Under the pieces are notes generated by a model. The model searched no databases. It was given only the letters and a program-made list of their open reading frames with translations, and was not told the DNA's origin. A stretch of DNA of 64,000 bases from Candidatus Multivoradales bacterium (GTDB lineage: Bacteria; Acidobacteriota; Thermoanaerobaculia; Multivoradales; JAHEKO01), in NCBI GenBank assembly GCA_965248055.1, contig CBDFIJ010000004.1, positions 2,336,001 to 2,400,000 of the forward strand, read 5' to 3'. The translations under genes and the position numbers were made by a program. Below are positions 9,052 through 19,409 of this stretch, one piece after another (position 1 is the stretch's first letter; every line of letters starts with the position of its first letter).

Positions 9052-9729
9052 ATGTCCGTGAACAATGCTATTTCGAGTTGGCATACCTTGATTGATGATT
9101 TTTCCGCTTCTGGCAAGGACTTCTTCTCCTCAGTCGAAGACGCGGTCAAGGCTCGTGAAGTTCCCGACATCGAGTTCTCGCGATTGCTGTTTAAGGAGGG
9201 CGGACTTGCTTCAGCCAAGCGCGAGTACCTTCGGATCGAACGAGGAAAGGTCGCATTCGACCTGACGGCGTTTCCGTACGGCACAGGGATGTACTTCGGT
9301 TGGTGGTTGCGCAGGATCGGACCCAAACATCCATGGTTGTGGTTGCTGGGCTTTTTCGCCGCAATCTTAATCTGGGCATTCATGCTGTTTGGATCGATGT
9401 TCGGTGCAGCATTGGGGAGTGACTCTGGTGGCTGCATGGTCTTCATCATGCTTTTCGGCATTCCCGCAGGACTCATTGCCCTCGGCTGGACAATCCAGGA
9501 GAACAAGGTCCCAATTGAGGAGGAGGCTGTCCTGGCACTTCCAGTCATCGGTTGGTTGTACGACAAGCTCTTCAGTCCAAACACGATGCATGCTCACGAT
9601 TCGGCACTCGCAATGCAGGAATCGGTGCGAAGAGCCGTGAACGATGTCCTCGACGATCTCTTGACCGGTCAGGGACTGCGAGCACTCACCGACGAAGCCA
9701 AAAAGCCATCGATCCGCTCCCTAGCTTGA
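9052..9729 (+). CDS. Hypothetical membrane protein, co-oriented with the VirD4-like ATPase
   Basis: 225 aa ORF with GGAGG RBS and two hydrophobic segments; 10 bp from the next gene. Confidence 0.75.
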   Translation: MSVNNAISSWHTLIDDFSASGKDFFSSVEDAVKAREVPDIEFSRLLFKEGGLASAKREYLRIERGKVAFDLTAFPYGTGMYFGWWLRRIGPKHPWLWLLGFFAAILIWAFMLFGSMFGAALGSDSGGCMVFIMLFGIPAGLIALGWTIQENKVPIEEEAVLALPVIGWLYDKLFSPNTMHAHDSALAMQESVRRAVNDVLDDLLTGQGLRALTDEAKKPSIRSLA

Positions 9730-9739
9730 TCTTGACCGC

Positions 9740-12700
9740 GTGAGCGTTCCGAGGGCGGTTGAACTCACCGCCAGTTTCTACGAATGGGAACGGAGAGGTA
9801 GGGGGTGGGAGCGATACCCGTATCCTGTCTCGATTGAACCGCCTCTTGTTTGGCCCAACTTTCACCGCAGTACAGCACAAGCAGTCGACGACACATACCA
9901 AGAGACGTGGCGGTCGAGGCTGTTTGGAAAGCCTTCGTCGCAGGTTCCGGAAGTCGAAGAGGAAGTCGAGGCAGACCCACCGGACGCAGTTGATCCCGTG
10001 GACTATGAAAGTGTTTCAGTCATAGCACCCGAGAGACTTGAAGTACCAGCACGAGCGGCTACCGCGTGGCTTGCGAGCTTAGAGACGTGTCAGTACCCAG
10101 TAGCGTGGGAGATTGTCGGCATACGCGACCGCGTCGTGCAGCATGTCGCATGCGCACAAGCTGACCTCGATCTTGCGACCGGATCCCTGAAAGCACTGTT
10201 TCCAGATGTCGTCGTTCGTAAAGACGAGGAAACGCTTGAAGATCGGTGGATTGAGAATGAGGAACAATTCATCACCGGAGTTGAGTTTGGGCTGGGGAGC
10301 GAGTTCATGCTGCCATTGGCACAGGCTGCTTTCTTCAACACCGATCCCCTTGCCCCCATCGTTGCAGCACTTGGAAGCGTCGACGGCATTGCCGCCCTGC
10401 AGGTTCTCTTTAGCCATGTCGAGAATAACTGGCGAGATGCGACGCTGCGGGCGGTGACCACACCCAATGGTCAGCCGTTCTTTGCCGACGCGCCACACAT
10501 CACCACCCAAGCTCTGGAGAAGATCTCTACGCCACTGGTTGCGGCGACACTGCGACTATCGGTCAGTGCGAGTACAGAAACGCTGGCTTGGGATGTGGTG
10601 CGCGGTGTTGCCGGCGGACTTGCGCAACTCACGTCAGCGCGTGGCAATGACTTGATACCCGTCGGCATCGAATCTCCGAGTGCGTTGCGTGAGGATGTGT
10701 TGATGAGACAGACGCACCGCCACGGGATGATCCTCTCCATTGAGGAGCTTGCGGGACTCGTTCATCTTCCGAATCCTTCAGTTCGTGTCCCAGCACTTGT
10801 GCGGCTTGCGGAGGCAACCAAGGCGGCTCCGGAATCCGTCAAACGAGACGGGGTGTTGCTGGGGATCAACGAGCACCAAGGTCAAGAGTCTGAGGTGCAT
10901 CTGAGTACCAGTGATCGTCTACGCCACATACACGTAGTGGGAGCTTCCGGTACTGGCAAGTCAACGCTCTTGGTCAGCATGATGCTCGACGACATCGAAA
11001 AGGGACACGGGGTTGCGGTACTCGATCCCCACGGAGATCTGGTTGATGAGCTGTTGACGAGACTGCCCGAGTCACGGCTGGACGACGTAATCCTCTTTGA
11101 CCCTGCAGACACCGAGTTTGTCGTCGGGTGGAACATCCTGGGAGCCAATACCGAGCTTGAGAAAGAGTTGCTGGCATCTGACTTAACTGCGACGTTTGCT
11201 AGGCTCTCAACGTCCTGGGGTGACCAGATGTCGACCGTGCTCTCAAACGCGGTGCTTGCTTTCTTGAACTCAACTCGTGGTGGCACGATCCAAGATCTGC
11301 GGCAGTTTCTCGTCAATCCGCCGTTCCGCTCTGAGTTCTTGGAAACGGTCACCGACGACTACATCGTTGATTATTGGAACCAAGACTTCAAGCTGATTGA
11401 GAAGCGCAACCCGCAGGCATCGATTTTGACGAGGTTGAACAACTTCCTGCGCAACAAGCTGGTTCGTGCGGTTGTGACGCTCAAAGACCATCACGTTGAC
11501 TTTCGTAAAGTGTTGGACGAGAAGCGGATCTTCCTAGCCAGGCTCTCACAGGGAGCAATTGGAGAAGAAAACGCCAGTTTGCTGGGCAACTTGCTTGTCT
11601 CCAAGATTCATCAGGTGACGCTTTCTCGGCAAGACGTGGCTTCTGGAGAGCGGAGCCCGTACTTTCTATACTTGGACGAATTTCACGAAATGGCCACGGC
11701 ATCCATGGCGACGATGTTTTCTGGTGTAAGAAAATACGGTCTTTCTTTAACCGTCGCCCATCAGGATCTGTACCAATTGCGCCAGACCTTGCCGCAGGTG
11801 GAGCGGGCAGTGCTCTCAAACGCCCACACCAGAATTTGTTTTCGGGTTGGTGACGACGATGCCAAGAAGCTCTCCGATGGGTATTCAGAGTTTGACGCCA
11901 AGTCCTTGACCGATCTGGGGATCGGTCAAGCGATTGCCAGAGTTGGAAGGAGAACGGACGATTTCAACCTCAAGACCTTCGATCTCCACAAGATCGACCG
12001 CGAGGAAGCCGCAGAGACGCTGAGAGAGCGCAGGAAGGCTGTTCTTGAGCGCTGGGGTGTACCACGTGAAAAGCAAGAGAAAAAGGCCTCAGAGGACGAG
12101 CAGGAAAGAAAAATTGACGACGCAGGTGCCGAAATTAATCCTGCGAGCGAACCAAGCGAGTCTGATCCTAAAAAACACCCGGAGGGACCGGTTCCAGATG
12201 AGACAGCTACCCAAACAGAGGGAATCGCCGCCAAACCCAAGATCGACAAAGTTACTCTCGACTACCTCGAGCACGTAGCGCGCGAGCCGTTCCTTCCAGT
12301 CAGTGAGCGAAACGAATCTCTCGGCCTTTCAGCCTGGAAAGGGCAGGCGATCAAGACCGATATTGTTGAGAGTGGTTGCGCCAAGGAAGTCTCGATCAAT
12401 CCCGGTGGTCGAGGGAAGCAATTCAAGCTCTTGGAACTCACCACAGAAGGGAGAGCGTTGCTTGATGAGTTCGGAATCCCTGCGCCAGTGGGTCACGGTC
12501 GAGGCGGCATCGAGCATCAGTGGTGGGTGAACGAGATCTCGGAGTGGCTGAAATCTCAGGGAATCGATTCGAGGATTGAAGATGAATCAAGTGGAGCGAG
12601 AGTTGATCTTGTTTTTGAATCCGAGAGTAAGAAGATTGCTGTTGAAGTAGAGACGAGTTCTGGATACGAAATCGAGAATATTTCGAAAGATTTGGCGACT

Positions 12701-13171
12701 ACGAGTTTCGAGTATGTGGTGTCGTTACTCTCCCTGGAGTCTTCGATTCCGAAGCTCCAACAACGAATTGGCGGGGAACTTCCGGACGCGCGAAGCATCC
12801 GTCTAGTTCCCCTATCTGAATACAAAGAAGGCCTCGCACATCATATTAGTCCTCGGCCTTCTGCCTTAGGACCCCAGAATCAAAAGGAAGAAACAAAACG
12901 TACGCGGCGTAGACGCTCTCCGATATCTCGCTCGACCGAAGCTCCAGTTCCGAGCGAAGTGTTCTTCCCCGAACACGGCGTGATGACAACACCAGTTGCA
13001 GCGCAGTACCTTGGCCTGAGTCCAGCAACCCTTGAAACGAAGCGCGTTCGGGGTGGCGGCCCGGTCTTTGTGAAGCTCGGAAGACGAGTTGTCTATAGGA
13101 AGGAAGATCTTGATTCTTGGATCGAGGAGCACCGCCGTCATTCGACAAGCGATCCTGGGAAGGGCGCGTGA
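9740..13171 (+). CDS. VirD4/TrwB/HerA-like ATPase with C-terminal wHTH, PD-(D/E)xK-like and excisionase-like HTH domains
   Basis: Walker A GASGTGKS, Walker B LYLDEFH, RKYGLSLTVAHQ; VDL...IAVEVET; C-terminal AAQYLGLSPATLETKRVRGGGPVFVKLGRRVVYRKEDLDSW. Confidence 0.85.
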   Translation: MSVPRAVELTASFYEWERRGRGWERYPYPVSIEPPLVWPNFHRSTAQAVDDTYQETWRSRLFGKPSSQVPEVEEEVEADPPDAVDPVDYESVSVIAPERLEVPARAATAWLASLETCQYPVAWEIVGIRDRVVQHVACAQADLDLATGSLKALFPDVVVRKDEETLEDRWIENEEQFITGVEFGLGSEFMLPLAQAAFFNTDPLAPIVAALGSVDGIAALQVLFSHVENNWRDATLRAVTTPNGQPFFADAPHITTQALEKISTPLVAATLRLSVSASTETLAWDVVRGVAGGLAQLTSARGNDLIPVGIESPSALREDVLMRQTHRHGMILSIEELAGLVHLPNPSVRVPALVRLAEATKAAPESVKRDGVLLGINEHQGQESEVHLSTSDRLRHIHVVGASGTGKSTLLVSMMLDDIEKGHGVAVLDPHGDLVDELLTRLPESRLDDVILFDPADTEFVVGWNILGANTELEKELLASDLTATFARLSTSWGDQMSTVLSNAVLAFLNSTRGGTIQDLRQFLVNPPFRSEFLETVTDDYIVDYWNQDFKLIEKRNPQASILTRLNNFLRNKLVRAVVTLKDHHVDFRKVLDEKRIFLARLSQGAIGEENASLLGNLLVSKIHQVTLSRQDVASGERSPYFLYLDEFHEMATASMATMFSGVRKYGLSLTVAHQDLYQLRQTLPQVERAVLSNAHTRICFRVGDDDAKKLSDGYSEFDAKSLTDLGIGQAIARVGRRTDDFNLKTFDLHKIDREEAAETLRERRKAVLERWGVPREKQEKKASEDEQERKIDDAGAEINPASEPSESDPKKHPEGPVPDETATQTEGIAAKPKIDKVTLDYLEHVAREPFLPVSERNESLGLSAWKGQAIKTDIVESGCAKEVSINPGGRGKQFKLLELTTEGRALLDEFGIPAPVGHGRGGIEHQWWVNEISEWLKSQGIDSRIEDESSGARVDLVFESESKKIAVEVETSSGYEIENISKDLATTSFEYVVSLLSLESSIPKLQQRIGGELPDARSIRLVPLSEYKEGLAHHISPRPSALGPQNQKEETKRTRRRRSPISRSTEAPVPSEVFFPEHGVMTTPVAAQYLGLSPATLETKRVRGGGPVFVKLGRRVVYRKEDLDSWIEEHRRHSTSDPGKGA

Positions 13172-13182
13172 AACGGTATGTC

Positions 13183-13250
13183 GTGATTACTATGTGATTA
13201 CCAGCCGAGACGCTTACGGGCCAGGAACTCTCGTAAGTTGTTGAAAAGAA
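13183..13250. other. Putative att arm region of a tRNA-integrated island
   Basis: GTGATTAC direct repeat at 13183 and 13194; CGTAAGTTGTTGAAAAGAA abuts the tRNA CCA end. Confidence 0.5.
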
Positions 13251-13327
13251 TGGTGCACCGAGGAGAATTCGAATCCCCAACCTCCTGATCCGTAGTCAGG
13301 TGCTCTATCCAATTGAGCTATCGGTGC
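13251..13327 (-). tRNA. tRNA-Arg (anticodon ACG)
   Basis: Reverse complement GCACCGATAGCTCAATTGGATAGAGCACCTGACTACGGATCAGGAGGTTGGGGATTCGAATTCTCCTCGGTGCACCA forms a cloverleaf with CCA end. Confidence 0.97.
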
Positions 13328-13353
13328 ACGTTCCAAGAACGGCAGGGAGGCGA

Positions 13354-13382
13354 ATTTTAGGCGAAGAATGGGTCATCAGCAA
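13354..13382 (-). promoter_or_regulatory. Sigma70-like promoter of tRNA-Arg
   Basis: TTGCTG-N17-TAAAAT on the minus strand, 26 bp upstream of the tRNA. Confidence 0.6.
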
Positions 13383-14431
13383 GCTCGTGTATGCGTCCAT
13401 GACATATGGCACTGATCGGTATGTTCAGCTACGTATTGTAGCGGTGGTCTTTGTCCGTGGCTCCAGTGGGGCCTTTCGGCGTTAAACCAGAGCATCCAGT
13501 CGAAGAGTTTTTGGTTGAAAGCTTGGAGGTCAGTGAAGAGCAAGTCTTCGTTGTAGTCAACGAATTTCTCTTGGATGGTTCGATTGAATCTCTCGGCTTG
13601 GGCGTTCATCTTCGGGCACCTGGGGTAGGTGTATCAGCGTTTGATTCCAGCCTCAGCAGCTTTCTTGTCGAAGGCTCCTTGAAACTCACTACCGTTGTCT
13701 GAGAGCACGGTAGTAACAGCAAATGGCAAGACATCGAGGCTCAGGTCCAGAAAGTGGGCTGCCGTGCTCGAGGTGTGGGAGTTGGTAGCTATTGCCAGAC
13801 TCATGCTGCTGGCGGCATCGCTCAGAGTGATCAAGTACCGGCGTTGGCCATCACAGAATCGCTCGATGGTATCTACTGCCACCCACTGGCCAGGCGAGCA
13901 TGCCTTGGTTCCTTTGGGCTTGCGAGGCTTACGCTTTCGTTTTGCTTTCACTCGACCCAGGCGATCAATCCTTTGGGGCACCAAGCGCATCTTGTCGGGA
14001 GCGTCGGCAATGATACGGCCAATCGTGCTCACAGACGGGCAGTCAATCCCTAGCGCCTCGCACCAGGGTTTCAAGAGTGGGTAGATCTTGTCCTTGCCAA
14101 AGTTAGGCTCTTTGACCCGCAGTCGACGGATCTCGGCCACTACATCAGGAGGCCAAGCACGACGTCTTCTCTTCTTCGGAGCTGTTGATTGAGGGTTTAG
14201 AGAGGTTAGCTTTCCTTTGCACCTACGAAGACGAGACTTCCAGCGATACAGAGTCCTCCGGTTCACCGAAAATGCATCGATCGCTGCATCGATCCCATGC
14301 TCCTGCCAGAATCTCAATGCTCGGATACGTTTCTCAGCGCTATCTTGGGTCATGACCCAAGATACCCCTAGATGACGAAGATGTCCCAGGCCTTGGAAAC
14401 GCCCTCTGATCAACCTCATGCTCATCGACAC
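13376..14431 (-). pseudogene. IS481-family DDE transposase interrupted by an in-frame TGA at 13634-13636
   Basis: VAVDT, SDNGSEF, then GIKR*YTYPRCPKMNAQAERFNRTIQE in one frame; RPHWS motif. Confidence 0.85.
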
Positions 14432-14471
14432 TCCTCATTGAACGAGTGCCATTTGTTTCTGAACTTATGCA
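13388..14471 (-). mobile_element. IS481-family insertion sequence
   Basis: Imperfect terminal IRs TGTATGCGTCCATGACATATGGCACT / TGCATAAGTTCAGAAACAAATGGCACT; no target duplication seen. Confidence 0.75.
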
Positions 14472-14526
14472 GCCTTGGGCCTGTGAAAGAAGGGGTTGTG
14501 ATGTTTGGTCGATCGTCGCGACTGAT

Positions 14527-14557
14527 AAAAAAGGGGCGGCTGAAGCCGCCCCTTTTT
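14527..14557. terminator. Bidirectional intrinsic terminator downstream of the TonB receptor
   Basis: AAAAAAGGGGCGGC-TGAA-GCCGCCCCTTTTT. Confidence 0.85.
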
Positions 14558-14582
14558 GGTTCGGTTGAGTCTCTGCGACTGG

Positions 14583-17489
14583 CTAGAACCTGAAACCAAC
14601 TGCAAAACGGTATTCGCGGGGTGTGACGAAGTCTGCGTTACCACGCGCAGATCCAAACGATGGTGACTGTACGAACTGCGTCGGTCGACCGAGTGAATCC
14701 AAGGGGCTCCCCGTAGCGGGTGCAACGTCGACGTCCCAAAAGACCTGCCTGTCCTCGTTGGTGAGGTTGAACAGTTCCGCCTTGAGATAGGCATCTAAAC
14801 GTCCAAACGTTGGGATACTGTAGTTGAGAGACAGATCAAAGGTGTTCCAGCTGGCGAAATCACCGATGCCGCGATCGCCAAACCACAGCGTTGGGGTTGC
14901 TGGAAGGGACGCGTAGCCAGGATCCAGCGCTATCTGTTGTGCGGTAAGACCCTGGCGATCAGCGAAGCTAAACACACCGCCGGACTCATAGTTCATCAAC
15001 AGACTGGTGGCAAGACTGCCTGCCCGACCAAAAGAGAAGTTGTAACGAGCCCAGACCCGGATCTTGTCCTCGACAAACTCATCGAGACGACCTAGAGGGG
15101 CGTTACGTCGATCCAGAAGCTCTGGATAATCGCCAAAGTTCGATGCTCCGAAGCTCTGTCCTGATTCACCCTCATAGTCGCCATCGTTTTTGAACTGATG
15201 GGTGACATGCCCTTCGATGGTCAGCTTGTCGGTAATACTGTACCTACCTTGGATGATTGCTGCCTGATACTCCCGCGTTGGCACATCTGTGTTGTCATAA
15301 ACAACGTTGTTGAGGTTGAGTGGGGCCAGCCCAAGGTCAGGACGGCTGACGATTGTGCTGCCGTTGGCAAACTGAACCAGGTCTTCTACGAAATTGCTGG
15401 TATCGCGATTGACCAGTGTGGCCTCAAGGTAGCCACCTTTTGGTAGTTCAAAACCACCCTGCAGTGTGAATTCTTGAACTGTTGGTGAGCTAACGTTGTT
15501 TCTAAAAAACACATTCGCCGACGGGAAGGATCCGGCTACCAACACGTAGTTGTTGGGATCAAAACCGGCCACCGGATCACCCGACGGACCGACATAGAAC
15601 CCGTAGGCATAGCTTGGGTTGCCGACGTTGGTTACCGATCCAAAGTTGTTGCCACCGAAGCCGTAACCTCCCGCGTACTCACCGAATGTAGCGGTAACTC
15701 GGTACTTGCCATCTCCTTTAACGTCATAGGTCGCAGCTAGGCGAGGAACGATCGCGTCGGTAGAGACCGGGTCGGCACCAGCGTTGGTGGAGCTGCTGAT
15801 ATCTTCATAACGGACGCCAATATTGAACGACCAATGGTCATCTAGCTGCCAACGGTCGTTGACATAGAACGATTGAGTCTGCAGCTGAAGCTCCGCACCA
15901 CGAAACGCCTCAAAGAAGACCCCTAAGCTTGAGAAAAATTGTGGATCGGGAATCAAATCCCCGTCAGAACCGATGACCACATTGCCAGCGGCATCCTTCA
16001 AAGGATCAATGAAAAACACCCAGTCGGTTGCTGATTGCGAATTTCCACCGACATTGACATTGGTGAAGTCTTCGAAACCAATCCGTAGGTCGTGTGTGCC
16101 TTTGTTGGTATCAGCGAAGTACGAGACACTCGCTGTCAGTTGCTCATTGTTGCGATCTTCGGGATCGGTCGGGTCGAAGTAAACGCCGTTGTAGTGGCAG
16201 TCCGACGCATCATTCCAGCAGCGAACCGGCGAGGCAGTGATGTCTGTGTTGATGCCACCCTGTAGTGGAATATGGCGAAAACCGAAGTTCTTCTCGGAAA
16301 ACTGAGCTTCGCCAAAGACAGACGGGGACCATACGCCGCTATAGCCGAGTTTGGTCAGTTCTTGGGGAAATTCAATGGTTTCGATGGTTTGCAAGGTTGA
16401 GCCAACGTTAGTGGACGGACGCAAGTTGGATTGTTCGCGCTCGGTATAGCCGAAAGTTGCCGTATGCTTTTCAGCAAATGTCGCAGTTAGCTTTCCTTCC
16501 AGGCGTTCGTCGTTGTTTTGCTGGTTAAAGGGGACCGCGGTACGGGCCAAAGTGATCTGCGTGGTTGCAGCAGTGTCTCGACCGGCGGCAAAAAACCATA
16601 GTTGGTCTTCGATGATCTTGCCGCCAAGGGTGGCCGTGAAAACTTCGTTTCGAGTATTGACCCGAGTAATACCCGAGGTTTCCTCGAAAGGCGTTTCATC
16701 TCGCCATGATGGGTTGGTTAAATCGACCCGGGCGCTTCCAGAGAACTGGTTACCTCCGCTCTTGGTGATTGCGTTCACCACGCCGCCGGAGAACCTGCCG
16801 TATTCGGCGGAGATTCCGGAAGTGAGTATCTGGGTTTCCTCGATCGCTTCCTCGATGAAGAGGTCGGTCGCGGTGGCAAAGACCGGGTCGGTAATGTCGA
16901 CGCCATCCAAAAGCCATACCGAATCGAACTGGAAACCGCCGCTGATCGAAACCTGACCGGGCACATTCGAGGTGCTACCTTGAGTTAGCCCGGGAGAAAG
17001 GTCGGCAATTGCTGCCATTCCTCGCCCTCCAAGTGGCAATGTGTCAACTTCTTCGGCGGTCAAGTTGATGCCCACAGTCGGTGTCTCCAGTGCGCTGACT
17101 GACTCCCCGGAGACCACGATAGTTTCCTCAAAGTTGGCTTGAAGCTGCGCGGAAACGTTGGCGCTTTGACCGAGGTCGAGCGTCTGTGTCACCTCGACGG
17201 TCGACATTCCATCTATGGTGAAAGTGACCGAATAGGCGCCCCGCGGAAGCCCACGAAGAACGTAGGCGCCGTTAGCTCCGGTTACGGTTTCACGTGCCCC
17301 CTGAAGAGTGCTTGCCGTTGCCGTTACCAACACACCCGGGAGTGCGTCACCTTTTTCGTCGGTTACCGTGCCTCGCACTGTCCCGGATTGGGTGCCCTGG
17401 GCAAGCATGGGTGCAACGAGCAGGAAGGTTGTCGCAAGCGCAAGTGCTACGACAATTCCCGTTTGCTTTCGGATCATCATTCTGTTCAT
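14583..17489 (-). CDS. TonB-dependent receptor, Oar-like, with carboxypeptidase regulatory-like N-domain
   Basis: Signal peptide; GTVTDEKGDALPGV; ISAEYGRFSGGVVNAITKSGGNQFSG; C-terminal GFRF. Confidence 0.92.
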   Translation of the reverse strand: MNRMMIRKQTGIVVALALATTFLLVAPMLAQGTQSGTVRGTVTDEKGDALPGVLVTATASTLQGARETVTGANGAYVLRGLPRGAYSVTFTIDGMSTVEVTQTLDLGQSANVSAQLQANFEETIVVSGESVSALETPTVGINLTAEEVDTLPLGGRGMAAIADLSPGLTQGSTSNVPGQVSISGGFQFDSVWLLDGVDITDPVFATATDLFIEEAIEETQILTSGISAEYGRFSGGVVNAITKSGGNQFSGSARVDLTNPSWRDETPFEETSGITRVNTRNEVFTATLGGKIIEDQLWFFAAGRDTAATTQITLARTAVPFNQQNNDERLEGKLTATFAEKHTATFGYTEREQSNLRPSTNVGSTLQTIETIEFPQELTKLGYSGVWSPSVFGEAQFSEKNFGFRHIPLQGGINTDITASPVRCWNDASDCHYNGVYFDPTDPEDRNNEQLTASVSYFADTNKGTHDLRIGFEDFTNVNVGGNSQSATDWVFFIDPLKDAAGNVVIGSDGDLIPDPQFFSSLGVFFEAFRGAELQLQTQSFYVNDRWQLDDHWSFNIGVRYEDISSSTNAGADPVSTDAIVPRLAATYDVKGDGKYRVTATFGEYAGGYGFGGNNFGSVTNVGNPSYAYGFYVGPSGDPVAGFDPNNYVLVAGSFPSANVFFRNNVSSPTVQEFTLQGGFELPKGGYLEATLVNRDTSNFVEDLVQFANGSTIVSRPDLGLAPLNLNNVVYDNTDVPTREYQAAIIQGRYSITDKLTIEGHVTHQFKNDGDYEGESGQSFGASNFGDYPELLDRRNAPLGRLDEFVEDKIRVWARYNFSFGRAGSLATSLLMNYESGGVFSFADRQGLTAQQIALDPGYASLPATPTLWFGDRGIGDFASWNTFDLSLNYSIPTFGRLDAYLKAELFNLTNEDRQVFWDVDVAPATGSPLDSLGRPTQFVQSPSFGSARGNADFVTPREYRFAVGFRF

Positions 17490-17877
17490 TCGAACTCCTT
17501 CTTGGTTCCGTTAGATAAATATCTGCGGCCACGGTGGCTGCCGATGTGTTGCCCAGATTGAGCAAGAGCAGTTCCCAACCCTTGGCCGAGAGCGTTTAGT
17601 GCGGCTATTTGTTGCGGAGGAGAGCCAAAAGAAACATCTGCATCGGCAATTCATCGGGGTCCTCAGGGATACCTCTGAACTAGTTCTTGAAAATTGGCCA
17701 ACCAGGAGTCCCTTTGCGCCGAATAAATGCAGATTCCCGGATTTGTGGTCAAAAAAATGGATCACGCGCAATCGAGCCGACTAGAAACGGGCTACGGGCT
17801 CGCTTCGATTCCCTATCTGCCAACGTAGCTGAGACACTTGGCCCCCTGATAATTAGAGGGCGGAAGGAGGTTTCAGT

Positions 17878-18399
17878 ATGTTTCAGAATCAGCCCATATT
17901 GCCCGTCTCGCCGAAGGCGACCGAGGAGCGTAGCGACGAGGGATCCGGAGGGGAGACGGCGCAGTTGTCCTCGACCCCCGAATCGGTACCCGACCCTGAG
18001 ATCGAGGCTCGACCCGCCAGACGGCGGTTTACGGCAAAGTACAAACTGGCGATCTTGGAGCAGGCCGACGCTTGCTCCAGCCGAGAGGAGGTCGGGTCCC
18101 TGTTGCGCCGGGAGGGTCTCTACTCATCTCATCTATCTAACTGGCGCCTAGCTCGGCGACGGGGATCGCTTGCCGCGCTCGGCAAGAGGCGCGGACGCAA
18201 ACCCAAAAGGCACCCGTTGGAAAGCAAGGTTGCTCGACTAGAGCGGGAGAAGACTCGACTAGAGCGGGAGAAGACTCGACTAGAGCGGGAGAAGACTCGG
18301 CTTGAGAACGAATTGCACAGGGCACAGCTGATCATCGATGTGCAAAGAAAAGTAGCCGGGCTGCTGGGTATCCCCTCAGAGGGCGAGAAGAACTCGTGA
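17878..18399 (+). CDS. IS3-family transposase OrfA
   Basis: RRRFTAKYKLAIL...LLRREGLYSSHLSNWR HTH followed by a leucine zipper. Confidence 0.88.
   Translation: MFQNQPILPVSPKATEERSDEGSGGETAQLSSTPESVPDPEIEARPARRRFTAKYKLAILEQADACSSREEVGSLLRREGLYSSHLSNWRLARRRGSLAALGKRRGRKPKRHPLESKVARLEREKTRLEREKTRLEREKTRLENELHRAQLIIDVQRKVAGLLGIPSEGEKNS
18233..18295 (+). repeat. Three exact 21-bp tandem repeats encoding RLEREKT
   Basis: CTCGACTAGAGCGGGAGAAGA x3. Confidence 0.95.
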
Positions 18400-19409
18400 A
18401 AGCGGCCAGGACGCTGGCTCCGTGGGTCGGTATCGCACCGGCCTGCCGGAGCCTGAGCGTCAGTCGTGCAACGTTCTATCGTCGGCTTCGGCCGAGATCA
18501 ACCGAGCCTCAGCAGCCTCGACCGACTCCAGCTCGGGCACTGACAGTCAGCGAAAAACAACAGGTCCTTGACCTACTCAACGGGCCGCGCTTTGTCGACG
18601 CTGCACCGGCGGCCGTGGTGGCCACCCTTCTCGACGAAGAACGCTATCTGTGCTCGGAGCGCACCATGTACCGACTCCTGGCAGCTGAGAAGACGTTGCA
18701 GGAGAGACGGCGCCAACGCCGCCATCCGGTCTATACCAAGCCAGAGCTACTCGCCACAGCGGCAAACCAAGTCTGGAGCTGGGATATCACCCGGCTGCGA
18801 GGTCCGCAGCCGGGATGGTGGTTCTATCTCTACGTTGTCCTCGATATCTTCAGCCGCTATGTGGTCGGCTGGATGCTCGCCGAGCACGAACGCGAGGCCT
18901 TAGCCCAAAGGCTTCTCGAGGAGACCTCAACCAAGCAAGGCATTCCCAAGAATCAGCTAACCCTACACAGTGATCGGGGCTCGCCGATGACCGCCAAGGA
19001 CACCGGACGACTCCTCGTAAGGCTTGGTATCTCTCAGTCGTTCTCGCGGCCTCGCATCTCCAACGATAATCCCTTCTCCGAAGCACAATTCAAGACCCTC
19101 AAGTATCACCCGAGCTTTCCCGATCGGTTCGGCTCGATCGAGGACGCTATCGCCTTCTGCAGGTCGTTCTTTATCTGGTACAACACCCAGCACCGTCACG
19201 CCGGCATCGCCATGCTGACACCCGAAGATGTCCACTACGGCAAGGCCGACCACAAGCTCAAAATCCGTCAACTGGCCCTCGATGAAGCCTGGCGAAACAA
19301 CCCGCAGCGCTTTGTCCGAGGAAGACCGACCATTCAGCTACTACCCAGAGCCGTATGGATCAATCCACCCGAACGTCAACATGCCAAGGAGGTCGTCCCG
19401 ATACACTAA
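18396..19409 (+). CDS. IS3-family transposase OrfB (DDE)
   Basis: WSWDIT, LDIFSRYVVGW, HSDRGS, DNPFSEAQFKTLKY. Confidence 0.92.
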   Translation: MKAARTLAPWVGIAPACRSLSVSRATFYRRLRPRSTEPQQPRPTPARALTVSEKQQVLDLLNGPRFVDAAPAAVVATLLDEERYLCSERTMYRLLAAEKTLQERRRQRRHPVYTKPELLATAANQVWSWDITRLRGPQPGWWFYLYVVLDIFSRYVVGWMLAEHEREALAQRLLEETSTKQGIPKNQLTLHSDRGSPMTAKDTGRLLVRLGISQSFSRPRISNDNPFSEAQFKTLKYHPSFPDRFGSIEDAIAFCRSFFIWYNTQHRHAGIAMLTPEDVHYGKADHKLKIRQLALDEAWRNNPQRFVRGRPTIQLLPRAVWINPPERQHAKEVVPIH

